A stretch of 64,000 bases of DNA from Octopus vulgaris. Its lineage: Eukaryota. The stretch spans positions 53,258,001 through 53,322,000 of the forward strand of contig OX597814.1 in assembly GCA_951406725.2 (NCBI GenBank), in the 5' to 3' direction. Positions 1 through 13,290 of this stretch are shown piece by piece. The position numbers and the translations under genes are program-made. Position 1 is the first letter of the stretch, and the number at the start of each line of letters is the position of its first letter. The notes beneath the pieces are model-generated. The model made no database searches and was not told the origin of the DNA. It saw only the letters and a list, made by a program, of their open reading frames with translations.

Positions 1-144
1 TAACTCACATAACAACATAACTCTTATAATAAAGTTAGGAGTAATAATATAGAAAAAAGAAAGCTATACCACATGTACGAATAGATGACCCACAAAATAT
101 AAACTACTGCGACAATAAAGAATACAACAATAACATCATTTAGA

Positions 145-889
145 TCATAATTCCTTTTGCAAAACATCTAAAATCTAATTTTATTAAATCCATTAGAAAC
201 ATTATTAAAAAAAACTGTAAAACTCTGAATATCCAAAAATATTTAATAACAAAATGATCAGATTTGGATTTTCAGTATCTTCTAACCTATTTAGGATGAT
301 CTCTTCATTTAACAATAGGAAACTAGACCAATTCTACAATTAAAAAAACCCTTCTAATATACATGCTAACCCCAATAATTCCATATCAAATAACAACAAT
401 TATCAGAATAACATAACCTCAATTACCCTTAATACATATAGATATAACAATAGAGTACCAACTAATAGTTCTAATTGTAATTGTAGAAACCCAAATACTT
501 GTGAGGTAGAAGGTAACTGTAAAATGAAAGCAACAATTATTACCCATAATCTCTCAAAATTTATTCACATTGGGTGTACACAAAATCCTTTTAAATTAAG
601 ATTAAATAATCATAGATCATCTTTTAATGACCCTAGAAAAGAAAATAGCACAGGTCTATCCACAAAGGTTTGGCAACTGAAAAGAAGCAATATAGATTAC
701 TTGATTTCTTGGAAAATTCTTTTTTCAACTCCACCCTATAGGCATAATAATAGGATCTGCAAATTATGCCTAGAAGAGAGTTATAAAATAATGAAAATGA
801 ACGGTTCTCATGTAAATTCGAGAGATGAAAAAGCTTCTTCTTACAGACATATGTCAAAATTCCTTTTTCTCTACCAAGTTTTAAATTAA
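145..889 (+). mobile_element. Penelope-like retroelement 3' remnant (linker, Cys motif and GIY-YIG endonuclease), disrupted
   Basis: In frame with ORF 524-889, upstream sequence reads SSFNNRKL...*...SNCNCRNPNTCEVEGNC, followed by FIHIGCTQNPFKLRLNNHRSSF...STGLSTKVWQLK...WKIL...CKLCLEE...NSRDEKASSYRH. This matches the GIY-YIG C-terminus of Penelope-like elements. There is an in-frame stop at 341-343 and a frameshift further upstream. Confidence 0.85.
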
Positions 890-1571
890 GATTTTCTTCG
901 TTTTGTTGGTAGTGTCTTATTTATTTCCGTGTTACCTTAGATTCTAAATGAGCTTAATATGATATTCTAAAATAGTATTTTTATGCATGATCACTTTCAA
1001 ATTAGTTACATCAATGACATTAGACCTAATATTATACACACTTAGTCAAAATACTGTGTTTGCCTAGGTGAAACTCAGTAGGTATTCTAAGAAAGGGACG
1101 TTTTCTTACATTTTCTATAACAATTAAAATGTGAACTTTTGAAGAATTATTCAACTAGCATGCAGATGGATGGAAAATTTTAAGATTTCACTTATATTTT
1201 ACTTCAATTCAATCTGGGGGTGGAGAGAAAAAGTCTGAATTTAAAAGGTATTTCTTATATTTACCGTTTCAGCAACATTGTATCCTGGTTTAAGTTTTAT
1301 TATTCATGAGAATCAGTGAATAATTTTCTTTTTAATTCTTGGAAAGCTAAATAATTTGCTGGTCTTTTAAAAGAGAGGTAGCTGACTAGACTTGTGATTC
1401 CATTGAAAGATATTTAGAATTCATTTTTTTTAGATAGTGTTTTATTATAAGCAGAGTATATTATTCTGCTGGAGAAAACTAAAGAGTTTGATCTTTTCGT
1501 TGAATCTACTTGATTGTGATAAATATTTGTATATGCAAAACCATCCAGATCTCTGAATACCGTATTTTTTC

Positions 1572-1574
<3 letters not shown>

Positions 1575-1622
<48 letters not shown>

Positions 1623-1660
1623 TACATATATACATACATGCATATACTCATATATATATC
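1575..1660. repeat. (CA)n / (CATA)n / (TA)n microsatellite
   Basis: Direct reading of the sequence. Confidence 0.95.
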
Positions 1661-1664
1661 CCTT

Positions 1665-1970
1665 TTCAAAATAAATGCGGATATGAACTGCAAAACGCAA
1701 AACCTCATATACTGCATTACCTGCCCAAACTGCTAAGAAAATTACATTGGCGAAGCAAATAATTCCCTCTGCCAACGTGCAAGAATCCACAGGTAACATA
1801 TCCGACAAGAGGAATTATGCAAAATTCCATTAAGTAAGAATATGGAAATATGCAGCGATGGAAAATTCAAAGATTTTCCCCTTTACAAATGTGCACGGGA
1901 TGATCTGCAATACCAAGAAGCAATGGAACTACATACCACCAAAAAATTCTCTCCAAAATTGAATGTTTGA
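1665..1970 (+). mobile_element. Second Penelope-like GIY-YIG endonuclease remnant, different subfamily, 5'-truncated; not in the ORF track
   Basis: Manual translation: FKINADMNCKTQNLIYCITCPNC*ENYIGEANNSLCQRARIHR*HIRQEE...FPLYKC...EAMELHTTKKFSPKLNV*. It shows the CxxxNLIYCIxCxxC...YIGE...R..H pattern with two premature stops. Confidence 0.85.
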
Positions 1971-3029
1971 AGAGATTAACGAATATCGGCTCCATAGTCA
2001 TCGACTATATCAATTGGATAAACCAGTGATGCTTAAAGTGGCACTATCGTGCTCCTAGAGGATGTCAGAAGACCAAGAGGGTAGCTGTAAGGCGAAGGGG
2101 CGAGTAGTGATGTATGAGTGGAAGACAATATGTGGTCAGATGGAAACATAGTAAAGTATACAAATGAGTAGTTACTTGTAAGATTGTCACCAGCGTTAAG
2201 TGTAGTGTGATCTTAGTTAAGGAATAATATTAAATAAAATTAATGATACAGATCGAGAATACTATATCTTTTACTGATATTACCACGTCAGAACAAGAGA
2301 AATATCGGCAGAACATTATCGAATATTTATCATATGGCTTTATTCCGATAGCTACAAACTATATTACCAATGTGTCTGATTTGCCAAAGAGCGTATTTCT
2401 AAGAATCATTGAAAATTTCAAGATTAGACCAGCACTTGAAAATGAATAAATAGGTAAATGATATAAATAAATAAAATAGGAAGAAAAATATGAACCACAC
2501 GCACACACGCTCAAAAAAGTAACTCATGCTGACAAAACAATGATTTATCGTATTTTTAAAACACTTCGAGGTTAATTTTCCGAACAGCCGACGTTGTCAA
2601 GTATAGTTTTCATTCGCATGAATGCAAGAAAATAATAAGGTTACACGTTTCTTAAAAAATTCCATTACTGATTGCCAAGTCCATTAAGTCAGATATTATT
2701 CGGCGAAAAGTTGATCCTGCCAGATGGCTGCGAGGTTGTATTATACCTGTTATGGAAACCAGCGACTGACCTAATAAAATTCCTTTGAACAATAACTCAA
2801 CTAGGAGCTGGTGAACTGGGTAAGGTTGTGGAAAACACATTGTGCAATGTTTCGAGGCCTGCTTAATTTTCTCTACAGCTGGAGTGAATTATCTCTACAA
2901 GGAAATGAATTATTAAATGCCTGGCATTCTTAAACAGATACAAAAGTAGAGTTGATATTTCATGCTGAACAGTTTTTTTCCTTTAAAGTAAAGGCTACTC
3001 CTCTTGGAAATATAATTCAAACAAAATTT

Positions 3030-3228
3030 TGGTACAAGTGCACCCATTTAATGGAAGGGGAAAGTCAAATACATCGACCCAGTATTTTCTGATGTTTTAT
3101 TTATCGAACCCGAAAGGATGGAAGGCCAAGTTGATTTCGAGGAATTTGGACTCAGATCGAAAAGAATCAGAAGAAATAACTCTATACATTTTGTCCGACG
3201 CGCTAACAAACCTATCAACTCGTCGCCT
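3030..3228 (-). mobile_element. Degenerate tRNA-derived SINE, family A
   Basis: Contains tttatcgaacccgaaaggatggaaggc, a diverged version of the core seen at 9782-10011. Confidence 0.65.
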
Positions 3229-4084
3229 TTCCTCTTACAGATATAATGACGACTGCGACTGACGAAGCACCATTGATGGTGGTCTCCTACCAAGAATTCA
3301 CTGCACACTTAAAATAAGTCAGTGCCATACATTATTTTTACTGTATGGGTGAGGTATTGTGTAATACATAGATAACATTTAGTTGTAAAAATTCTTTGTG
3401 GTCACTTGTATTACTCATTGTAACACGTCGCTACGGTAATTAAATTAAGAAACATTCTTTTGGTGATATAGACTGCGGTGAGAACAAAGCAATCAAAAAT
3501 TAAATTAGGATTCAAGTTTGTTGGCTGTTAAAAGGCGCCAGTCTGTGGAGCTTTTGGAAACAGTAAGGGAAGTCTTTTAGAATAGAAATGTTTTCCTGCT
3601 ATTTAACATGAAGATTAGAAACTACAAACTTGTACGTCAGATTTATATTTCAAATTTAATTAAATTAATTTGCATTTGCAAAGGAGATGAATTAAGTTTT
3701 ATCAAAATGAAGGCTGTTACATATATATTAGTTTCTAAGTTTATTTTGTTCAAAATCAATTTGGTATGCAAAGAATTTTACCAGTTTTCGTGTCTTTCTG
3801 CATTCAAATATAAAAGAAAAATATATGATCATGGCGTTTAGCTCTATTGGGAGCATTTAATAAATAACTTCGCGGGATAATATGGAGATATTCTCGCTAC
3901 GAATATTCCAAACTGAGCCTTAGACACATTTTCATGTATTAAAGAAACAACGCTATAACAAGAAGTGATTGAAAACCAAAGAACAATTGAAAAAAATCAT
4001 ATTTAAAATCAGCATCATTATTACTGACTACAGCACCAATTTAAGAAATCTTTTCTGGATTATGAACTCACGTGAAAATTTTCT

Positions 4085-4360
4085 AAATTTGTTTCCATAA
4101 ACAACTGAATTTGGATTTAGTGACCGTCACGAGCATTTTGTTAAAAAAAAGAGAAACCAGTAAATAGTAAAACGGTATGATTTAAAGATGCTGCATAATA
4201 AAATTGCACCAAATGTAGAAAAATTACTCACACGAAGGCCCATCCTTCACATCAATAAACCAAATAAATTTAAATGTTTTGTATAACTACATTTTGGGCA
4301 ATATTTTTCGAGAAGCGGGCCGTATGAAACATGGCTCGTAATCAGGCGCGCCGCGCAACT
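4085..4360 (+). mobile_element. hAT (Charlie/Buster-like) transposase C-terminal remnant
   Basis: Frameshifted translation EFGFS/VTSILLKK/RNQ*IVKRYDLKMLHNKIAPNVEKL/AHPSH resembles the ERGFS...KKRNRL...PNIEKL...AHPSH end of Charlie/ZBED-type transposases. Confidence 0.55.
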
Positions 4361-6395
4361 GAAAAATATTCAAGGCAAATTCTCATTGGGCGTGTCATTC
4401 AGAAAGTACCGTCGGGCGTAGTTTGCTCTGACTCTCTTAGGCATTACAATAAAGGCTTACTGACTTTTCGGGGTAAGGCATGAAGATGAAATATAAGGCT
4501 CTAAAAGGCAACGATAGCCCGAAAATGTTTTTAAAAATAATGATTTAGATAAATACAATACATAGATGTCGTTTCGTAAATGTCAAGCATTTCAATTTTG
4601 ATTTCATTCGAAGACAGAGTCTATTACATTTTATCTATATTTAGATACAAAATTTACCAATAAATGAACGAATACTGAAATATGGCTGGTTATACACAAG
4701 AACTAAGGGAAGACGTACACATAATTTTTTTTCAATTATGCAAAAAAGATAAAAAGAACGAATGAAAAAAATTAAATTTATTAAGGAATAAAAGATTACA
4801 TATGCGATATAATAGAAATTACGGAGATGAATAGTTTTAGCTGAAAGATTTTTCATCAATTTCATGTCACGTTTATATGCGTTGGACTGAAAATCAATAT
4901 TAATCCGTCTGCAACGCTAGGTTGAAGCTTGATATGGAAGTCTACATCACCTAGACATTAAACTTCTGCCTGTCAAAAGTATTTTCAAAAGTTTGACCTT
5001 AACGTCCATGCTTGTTTTCAGACTTTTAGTTGGCCCTTGTTCCATACGCCCTTCTCTTTCGTAATTCCCAAGTTACTCTTATAGTGGAAAAAATATTTGG
5101 AATGTGTATCATGTATAATTCATAAAATCAGAGAAATACGTCCTATGTATCACGTGTCCTGTGCTTACACAGGGCAGGCAGAGTTAAAGAAACAGATTTG
5201 AGGCTTAAACTTCCTTCTGATATATTTAATTCTTTCTGATTGATTTTTAGAATTGTTACATATTCACGGCTTTATGCATTCTGGTTTCAAATCTCGTTCA
5301 GTTCAACTTTGCCTTTCATTCTTTCACCTTAAGGTCTATAAAATAAAATTAGTAGTAATTACTGACTGAGCTCTATATAATCGACTGTGCACGCCAAATT
5401 TTCTAACGTTGTAACTATGTTAGAAATCAATAACTAGGTAGAGATCGCAGATGCTGTTTACCTACTTGAGTAATTCATTTTGCTGATTTCAAATCCCACT
5501 GGAATCAATCTTAACTTTTACCTCTCTCTCGGGATAGGAAAAATATTTACTGATATAAATTTGCTCAACTCTATCTATCCCTTTCTTGATTGTGAAGCCA
5601 CTGTGGAAATCTCTACCCAACTGTTCGACCTATTTGAAATAGCAGCCAAATCATGCTCATATTCCACACTATCGTCTTGAGAGAAAAGAAGTTCACATTA
5701 AATGTAATCCTAATTGCACTGTGTCTCGAGAGTAGGAGAAAAGATGACCTACTCGATCTGAACAAACAATAACGACACGTAAATGTCATACATTAATAAT
5801 TACTTCCGCATCAAAAATCTTGAACAAGAAATTATTGACGAAAATGTTTCAAATTCCATGAAAATGTTGCCATGTTTGTCAAGTGGACAATACTACGTCA
5901 ATCATTGTTTATTGATTAGCTAATCAGTTTTATTGCCTTAGTATTTATTTACTATTCGTGATGCCACGTTAATTAAATACATCAAATCGAAGCAGAAATT
6001 AACAAACGTCCGCTTGAGATTCTCGTAGTTTATAAACAGAGAGTTGTCGACTCAGGCAGACGTTGTATCTAATTAATTTAATACGTTGCTATGACCGGAC
6101 ATAAACAACTGATGTTCGTCATACACATATTTTGATTTTTCTGTAGTCTCTCACTGGGACTATTTTAATTTTAACTTTAAATTTATTTACAAAACAACAA
6201 TAGCAACAGCGGCAACATCAGCAGCAAATAAATGACATCAATAATATCAGTAACAATGACTTCAACGCTATCTAAAAATTTAAAAACAAAAAACATTTTG
6301 AAGCTGCATCTTCAATGTATGATTTAATTATTTTCCTCATTAGCACAAAATTAAGATAAAAGAAGCGATGTTGATGAGTTTGCTTGTATTATAGA

Positions 6396-7841
6396 CTAGC
6401 AGTATCGCCCGGCGTTGCTCGGGTTTGTTTCGACCCGCTGGAATTGTAATTTTGAAAAGTAAAAATTTTGTGAACATTTTTCTGGTCGAAATACACCGAA
6501 AAGTGGCGACACAGCAGTGAAAAAATCGTAAAAAATAGGGATTTTCATAGAAAAAAGCATCTTTTTGATGTAAATAATTTTTGGTGTTAACATGGTCCGA
6601 TTTGAATTTTATGTTCTACGGAAGGAAGAGCAACCCTTCTTCTACCATACTCTCAATTTTGGTCAACTTGCGCCGCAGGGTCTCGGAGGAGATAGTGTTA
6701 GTTGAAGGTTACCATTGTAGGTGCCTGAGTAACAACCTCGCGGATTTACAGATAAATGAATTAATTACTATTTTACAGAATAAAATTAAATAATTCTTGA
6801 AAATTAATTAATATTAATATTTTTTGAACAAAGTAAATAATTTTTAAAACTTAAATAATAATTTTTTTTACACAAACGCGAACGGGGAAAAGGGGGTGGC
6901 GAATTCGATTTACATACCTAAATTTTTTCTTTTTCATGACATTGTAGCAAAATAGTAGTGAATTATATAAATACCAGCAGTACATTTTTTTTTCTGGGGT
7001 ATTTTTTTCAACCTCGTCACATATTTGCCCCTTTCAATTTAAACAAAGTCTTAATTAAGCAATTACGGCAGCTTAGCAATGGTTTCAATACAGGCGTGAC
7101 ATCTGTATCTCAATTGTTCAAAACCCTTCGAATTTTTTCGCACGTGATGATATCATAGTGAAAACTTCAGTTATTTCTGTCTTTCACTCTGTCTGTCTCT
7201 TTACACACACTAACAAAAGCACTTCACTTACACACCACACTTTCTGTGTCGCACAACCCATCAAACACACACACACACACACACACACACTCACGCACGC
7301 ACACATGTACATCAATGCTTTCGAAGTGAAATGTTAAAATATTGAGTTTTCTCGAATTTTGTCTTAATTGGGGGTGAAATTGAAAGAAATATATTATGGC
7401 ATGAGCGAATGGAGTACTTTGAAAAATCTTAGGTAAATTCTAATTGAAGAAATTGTGTGAGGAGTAAATGGTTATGTATTTATTTGTTTCTGTTTGCTGT
7501 GTTTTTTTATTTTTTGAGTAGTGGTTTAAATACTTTCAGTTTAGTCTTCCTCAAATCACTCTGTCGCTATTTACTTTCATTTTATTCGTTGCACACTGTG
7601 TGTGTGCGTTTGCGTGTGGTGTAAACCAGACTAAGAAAAGCATTTGACACACACACCAGAATGTGAGTTTTCTGTAAATTTTGCTTAATTGGAGTTTAAA
7701 TTTTAAAAACTGGACCTGGCATGACGCGATGCATTCTACTCTTAAAAATGCTAGGTAAATTGTAATTGAAGAAATCCTATATTGTAGATTTGTATAACTC
7801 CCAAAGGGAGGCAGATAAAATCTGCCTTTTATAATAAGAGA
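6396..7841 (-). mobile_element. Non-autonomous Helitron-like element (~1.45 kb)
   Basis: On - it begins A|TCTCTTATTATAAAAGG (7841) and ends CCCGAGCAACGCCGGG-CGATACTG-CTAG|T (6396). This gives 5'-TC, a subterminal GC hairpin (6408-6423), 3'-CTAG, insertion between A and T, and no target site duplication (TSD). Confidence 0.75.
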
Positions 7842-8590
7842 TATTGAAATTATAATTGTTATTGTCATTTAACCCTGGGCCAATTCTTTACGAGCGGACC
7901 CATGATTGGAAGTATTTCTGTCGTGACCACTCAGTTTTTTTTTTTGTGTAAGAACCAAATTGTCCAATGTACATTTCCTTATTGTATGGACAGTAAAGTA
8001 TATGATTTGAGGAAATTTGGCTGAAATTTCTAGCAGGTCAATCGGGTGCATAGTGATTCCCTCGGGTGAGGCTGCATTGCTTTGTTGGTGCAGATGTAGT
8101 TCCATGTATAACGTTATTAGATCACATTCACCAACAATGTTTGCCATCATTTTTTAAAATCCCTAATCGAGCAGATTCTTATCCAAAGATATTCTATCCA
8201 TGACCATTCTGCCGATTCCACAATCATAATGTATCTATGGTTATATAATCTAATGGATCCTTCCTATTTTTTTTCAGATTGATAAAATGTAATTTGAGAT
8301 AAATCTAGCCGCTATGCCTAGCAGATCAAGAGATCAGGTAGAGTATTGATATTTAAATCTAAAACCTTACTATACCTTTAATTATTTCTAACCACAACCC
8401 GGAGGTCACGATACCTCAATTGGAAATCCTTGACGTAAAAGCTCCTCTCGCTGTCTATGTAGAAGCTTTTCTCATTTGCGTGTGGCTGCATTTGTGACGT
8501 CCGTGGACATGATTGCATTAGTGGTGTTGGTGTGAGCCAAAGTAGTTCTTTTGTTATTGTTTATTATCTAGCTGTAAACTTAAGAAAAAC

Positions 8591-8914
8591 TGGCTCTCCG
8601 TCGGCTGCAAGGAGGAGGGTTCCAGTTGATCCGCTCAACATAACAGTCTGCTTGTGAAATTAATGTGCAGGTGACTGAGCGCTCCACAGACACGCGTACC
8701 CTTAACGTAGTTCTCAGAAAGATACAGCATGACACAATGTGACAAGAGGGGAGGCCTTTGAAATACAGGTTTTACTCATTTTTACTAGCTGAATAGACTG
8801 AAACAACGTAAAATAAGGTGTCTTGCTTAAGGACAAAACGCGTCGCCGGGAATTGAACTCATGACCTTACGATCGTGAGCCAAATACCCTAACCATTAAG
8901 CCATGCGCCTTCAC
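8591..8914 (-). mobile_element. tRNA-derived SINE, family D (CORE-like middle)
   Basis: The - strand head has an A box (TGGCTTAATGG) and a B box (GTTCAATTCC), then gtccttaagcaagacac. Similar flanks ttatctagctgta (8564) and ttgtctagatgta (8915) may be an old TSD. A second copy lies at 59965-60262. Confidence 0.8.
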
Positions 8915-9781
8915 TTGTCTAGATGTAGAACAGCTTGATTAAGCAAATTTATGACTGTCAGCGTTTCATACATGGCCACATCATCGTTTTCCTTTTACAA
9001 GGTAATCATATTCAGGACTAGAGTATCTAATCTACCTTTCTTTATTTTTCAGACGAGCTTTGAGGGAACTTTGGTTGCTATTTCTAGCAGGCCGAGCAAT
9101 AGTGTAGAGGCTTTTTTCTGTTGGCTCATTATACTTTCCTGGTGGTGGTAGTGGTGGTGCAGACACGGTTGTTTTGATAGTAGCAGTCGCAGAAGTTGTA
9201 ATTTGTGACTTTTGGGGTGCTTGATGTTTGGGCTTGGTGAGTGTGCTGGCAAGGATTATATTGCCGTTGAATTCCTGAATTCACTTAATTGCTGTTTCTA
9301 ATTATTGAAAGGTTAATGCTACTCGACAGATTCATTAATATGACTTGTCTTTCCTTAATAAATGGCTACATTTCCTGTTGTTGTTATTGTTGTTCTTATA
9401 ACTGCTGCTATAGTTGCTGTTGTTGTCGATGGTGATGGCAATGCTGTCATCGTTGTTGTTGCAGGCATGTAACATTAACTGAGGTTCAAGTTGATATATG
9501 TCATGGAATGATCTAATTGGAAATTTAATGCAAATCAAGAGAGATGCCCCACTCACCACTGTAGGTAATGTTACTTCGGCCTCAAACGCTTTATCGATTC
9601 AGGGTAGGGTAAATTAATATTCATGCTGACATTTTGACATTTTGTATTGCAAAATTAATCACTTCTGGTGTTGTTTGCCAACACCAAGCTGTTCTTGCTC
9701 ACAGTGTTCGTCAACGATTACGTATAAACACAGTATTCAAACAATGAAAATATTTTTCTTTATGCATTCCCGCTATATATA

Positions 9782-10011
9782 TTTCTTTACTGCCCACAAG
9801 GGGCTAAACATAGAGGGGACAAACAAGGACAGACAAAGGGATTAAGTCGATTACATCGACTCCAGTGCGAAGCTGGTACTTTATTTATCGACCCCGAAAT
9901 GATGAAAGGCAAAGTGGACCTCGGCGGAATTTGAACTCTGAACGTAAGATTAGACGAAATACCGCTAAGCATTTCGCCCGGCGTGCTAACGTTTCTGCCA
10001 GCTCGCCGCCC
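9782..10011 (-). mobile_element. Full-length tRNA-derived SINE, family A (MetaSINE-like core), with 19-bp TSD
   Basis: The - strand reads GGCGGCGAGCTGGCAGAAACG...GTTCAAATTCC...GCCTTTCATCATTTCGGGGTCGATAAATAAAGTACCAG. It is flanked by tatgcattcccgctatata (9761-9779) and tacgcattcccgctatata (10012-10030). Confidence 0.9.
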
Positions 10012-10719
10012 TACGCATTCCCGCTATATAAATGATTGAGGATTTAATGTTACTGGTAAGTGTGCCGTGGAAAGAGTAAATGTGTGCTTCAGTTTGTGCA
10101 TAGTTATCGGTCCGTGTCACACATATTTTAGCATGTTATATTTTCAGTCTATAAGGTATACGGAACTGAAAAAGACTTCTATTATCACAGTAATAAAATA
10201 TATTTTCAAAGAACTGTATTCAATATTCACTGAAAAAAGGTTTAGAAACGTACTCATCTTATTTTAATAGTAGAAATAGTGGTACTATAATATTTACTTA
10301 CATTCTTCTACATTCAAAATTTTGTTTTTATTAGAATCGCCTTTACTTTCCATCTTCATATGATTGAGTCAACCGACCAAACTTCTCGACAAATATGTGG
10401 TTTCGTGATAATGTTAGAAATTACCATTCAAGCCATTAAGCATGTAAGTGACACCATTTGTTACAGTTGCTTTTCAGTCGCCTTGATGGCTGGTCTTTCA
10501 CATGCAAAATCTTGACAAACACTTTCTTTTCACAGATCAGTAGTAAAGTATATGGATTGATTAGTATCATTTTGAGTACCTTACGCTATCGAGCTAATGT
10601 ATGATCTTTTGATGGGTAGTTCATGTATGGTTATCTTAGTTTTTTATTTATCAGAATTCTTCTTATAAGGAGGAAACTGGTTTCTAACAAGAAATAAAGC
10701 CCCTTCACTGCAATTCAGA

Positions 10720-11960
10720 TGACAACAACGTTAAATATGTTGAACTTACTTTTAATGTTCCGCTTACAGATTATATTTGTGCGTGCTAGCCAGTCTCTTT
10801 TTTGCCAGAAAATCCTAGCTTTTCCACATGGTCATTTAAATATTGATTAGCATAACCGAGTGCACCAATAATTTTTATCATAAATATGAATTTATAATCA
10901 GGGTAGAGATGCAGGTTTCGAAACAGCTATCCATAAATATCCATAAATATTCTCCTTCTTGTTGATTTTGGAAGAACTGTTCACTATTGTAAGTCAGATT
11001 TTTCTTCTTTTTTTTTTTTATCCCAAAATGATATCAGAGCTGTTCTGTTTGCACTTCGTAAAAATTTTGATGGGAATGTTCCACTTAATATTCATTGTGT
11101 ATTCAATAACAAAGGGATTGTTTACAGCATTACATATTGTTTTAGCAACAGCATCATGTCGCAATGACAGGTAATACATTGACGTTTTTAGGCAACTGCT
11201 GATAACATGTCATATCCTTCACAGAGGATATACCATGTAATCAACATTTGCTGTTGCATCTTGGGAATTTAAGGATTTCATCGCTTCTGTTCATAAGATA
11301 TTTCGTTGCTATCTCCTACTCTTGGATTGCTTTTGCAGCGTATGATAATGCAACACTTACAAGCCCAAGGGAGGTTATGCTTCATGCTAATATTACTCTT
11401 CACCTTATAAGGCGGCGAGTTGTCAGAATCGTTGGTACGCCGGGTAAAATGCTTAGCAACATTTCGTCCGTCTTTACGTTCTGAGTTCAAATTCTGCTGA
11501 AGTCAACTTTGCCTATCATCATTTGTAACAGTTGAGCACTGGGGTTAATGTAATCAATAATCCCCTCCCAAGAAATTGCTGGCCTTGGGCCAAAATCTGA
11601 GACCAGTATTCTCATTCGCCCATGTATAACCTTGTTATGGTATGCGGAGTGTTTCTCTTACAGGCTTTTGCTGAAGTGTTTTCACAGTACCTCAAGATTC
11701 TCATAAAAAGTTATCAGGAAGTGAATGTTTATTGAGGAGTTCATTACCAACCCGTAGGATGCTATAAATTTTGCTTTTGAGCACACAGCCAATGTATCTA
11801 CTTTTACTGCCTATAATTAGCAAATGCTGTCTCAGTAATACCATATGAATTAAAAGGCTGTCTCAAGCCTCTTCCTTCCATTTTCTGTGATAGAGACTCT
11901 CAGTATCACTATTTCTGTGGAAGTTTGCTGTTGATGTCAGGATCTTGCGGTTTAATGTCC
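10720..11960 (-). mobile_element. Decayed R4/Dong-like (RLE-type) LINE 3' region, interrupted by a SINE
   Basis: Minus-strand peptides HVISSCLKTSMYYLSLRHDAVAK, KWNIPIKIFTKCKQNSSDII and YPDYKFIFMIKIIGALGY correspond to the CCHC/RHD, PD and IIGALG motifs of RLE LINEs. Confidence 0.7.
11409..11610 (+). mobile_element. SINE family A nested in the LINE remnant
   Basis: aaggcggcgagttgtcagaatcg...gagttcaaattc...; core partly deleted. Confidence 0.8.
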
Positions 11961-12969
11961 GAGAAATAGATTTCCTCGATTGACAAGTCAAGTATCCATA
12001 ATGTTGGTATCAGTGTTGATATTGCAAATACGTTGTCGGTGTTGTCTTGTAAGAGGAAAATTCTGACTGCCATATTTTTCTTAGTCTGCTATAATAGTCT
12101 TTGGTTACTCTTTGCTCACAGCATCTTTGTTTGATATATTTTTATCAATACCAAGGTATATGTAGCAGTCACCGTATAGATTAAAGGCCATTGAGCTGCC
12201 GGCGACTAAGCCTACCAAGCCTGCTTGATAAGAAAGGTGGTTTTCTTTGGACAATCTGCAGAAGGATAAAACAAAAGCTGTCAAAGGGCGAAATAAACTC
12301 AACAGAGCTACATATCCATCCACCAAATCAGAAAGAGGTTCCTAGTCTTTGCTACCCCTCTCTCTAAAAAGAAAACTGATGTAACACATACAAATTCGTT
12401 TTCATCCAGTGATGTAAAAGTCGCTTTGAGACAAATGCTTACATTGTTTTGAGAGTAGCAGTGGTCTTGTGCAAAGCTTTTCCTAATTTAAAAAAAGAAA
12501 AAGACTTCACTTACAGGTATCGCTTGATTTCTAAAATCTTTATTATGTGTTGCATACTATGACTGACTGTAGCTGAAAAAGTAAAACATTGATGGAACGA
12601 AGGCGTGTATCAACACTGGTGGCAAGCTCACTGGACACCTAATGCATCATAGCCACATCCGTGTAAGTTCCTAGCAGGACGGAAAGCCACTTCCGTGCTG
12701 TTTTAAGACAGCAATCAAGAGATGGCATTGCTCGAAATCAATGTATTTATGTGTGAATGTATGTATGCTTGTATATATTTGTGTACTATATATGTTAGTG
12801 TGTATGTGTGTGTATGTGTGTATGTATGTGTGTGTGTGTGTGTGCGTGTGTGCGTGCGTGTATTTGTGTGCATTTTTATAGTACAATTTTTTTTCTTTAT
12901 TGGTTCGGTTTAGAAGAAGGGACTGTATTCAAGGCCTTCACAAGTTCTTTGTGATTCCTGAGATTGACG

Positions 12970-13290
12970 CAATCAATATTTCACTCGTAGAGTTTAGTCG
13001 ATCAAATTAAAGTGGCCCATGCAAACCTGTTACTTATTCAATTTCCACTTTTTAGCGAACCGCTTTGTTAGCAGGAATATAAGCAAACCAATGCCAGTTA
13101 TGAAACGCAAACACACACATGTATAAACGCGCACACGCGCACACACACTCACACACACACACACATGGATACTATACTACGAGTTTCCTCACAGTTTCCG
13201 CTGACTAAATTCATTCATAAGGCAATAGTCAACCTGGAACTATAATAGTAAGCATTTACCCTAATTGATACCGAGTAGACTAAACACGAA
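12970..13290 (-). mobile_element. Highly diverged SINE family B copy
   Basis: gaaccgct...aaacc...(CA)n...cagtttcc...aaattcattcataaggc...ctataatagta, collinear with 15961-16393. Confidence 0.55.

Noticed and set aside
1971-2314. Possible solo LTR ending in CA
   Set aside because: No TSD or clear TG start; better explained as the 3' region of the adjacent Penelope remnant
4958-5187. piggyBac-like MITE (ttaaacttctgcctg / caggcagagttaa)
   Set aside because: The terminal match is short and imperfect, so it is too weak to call
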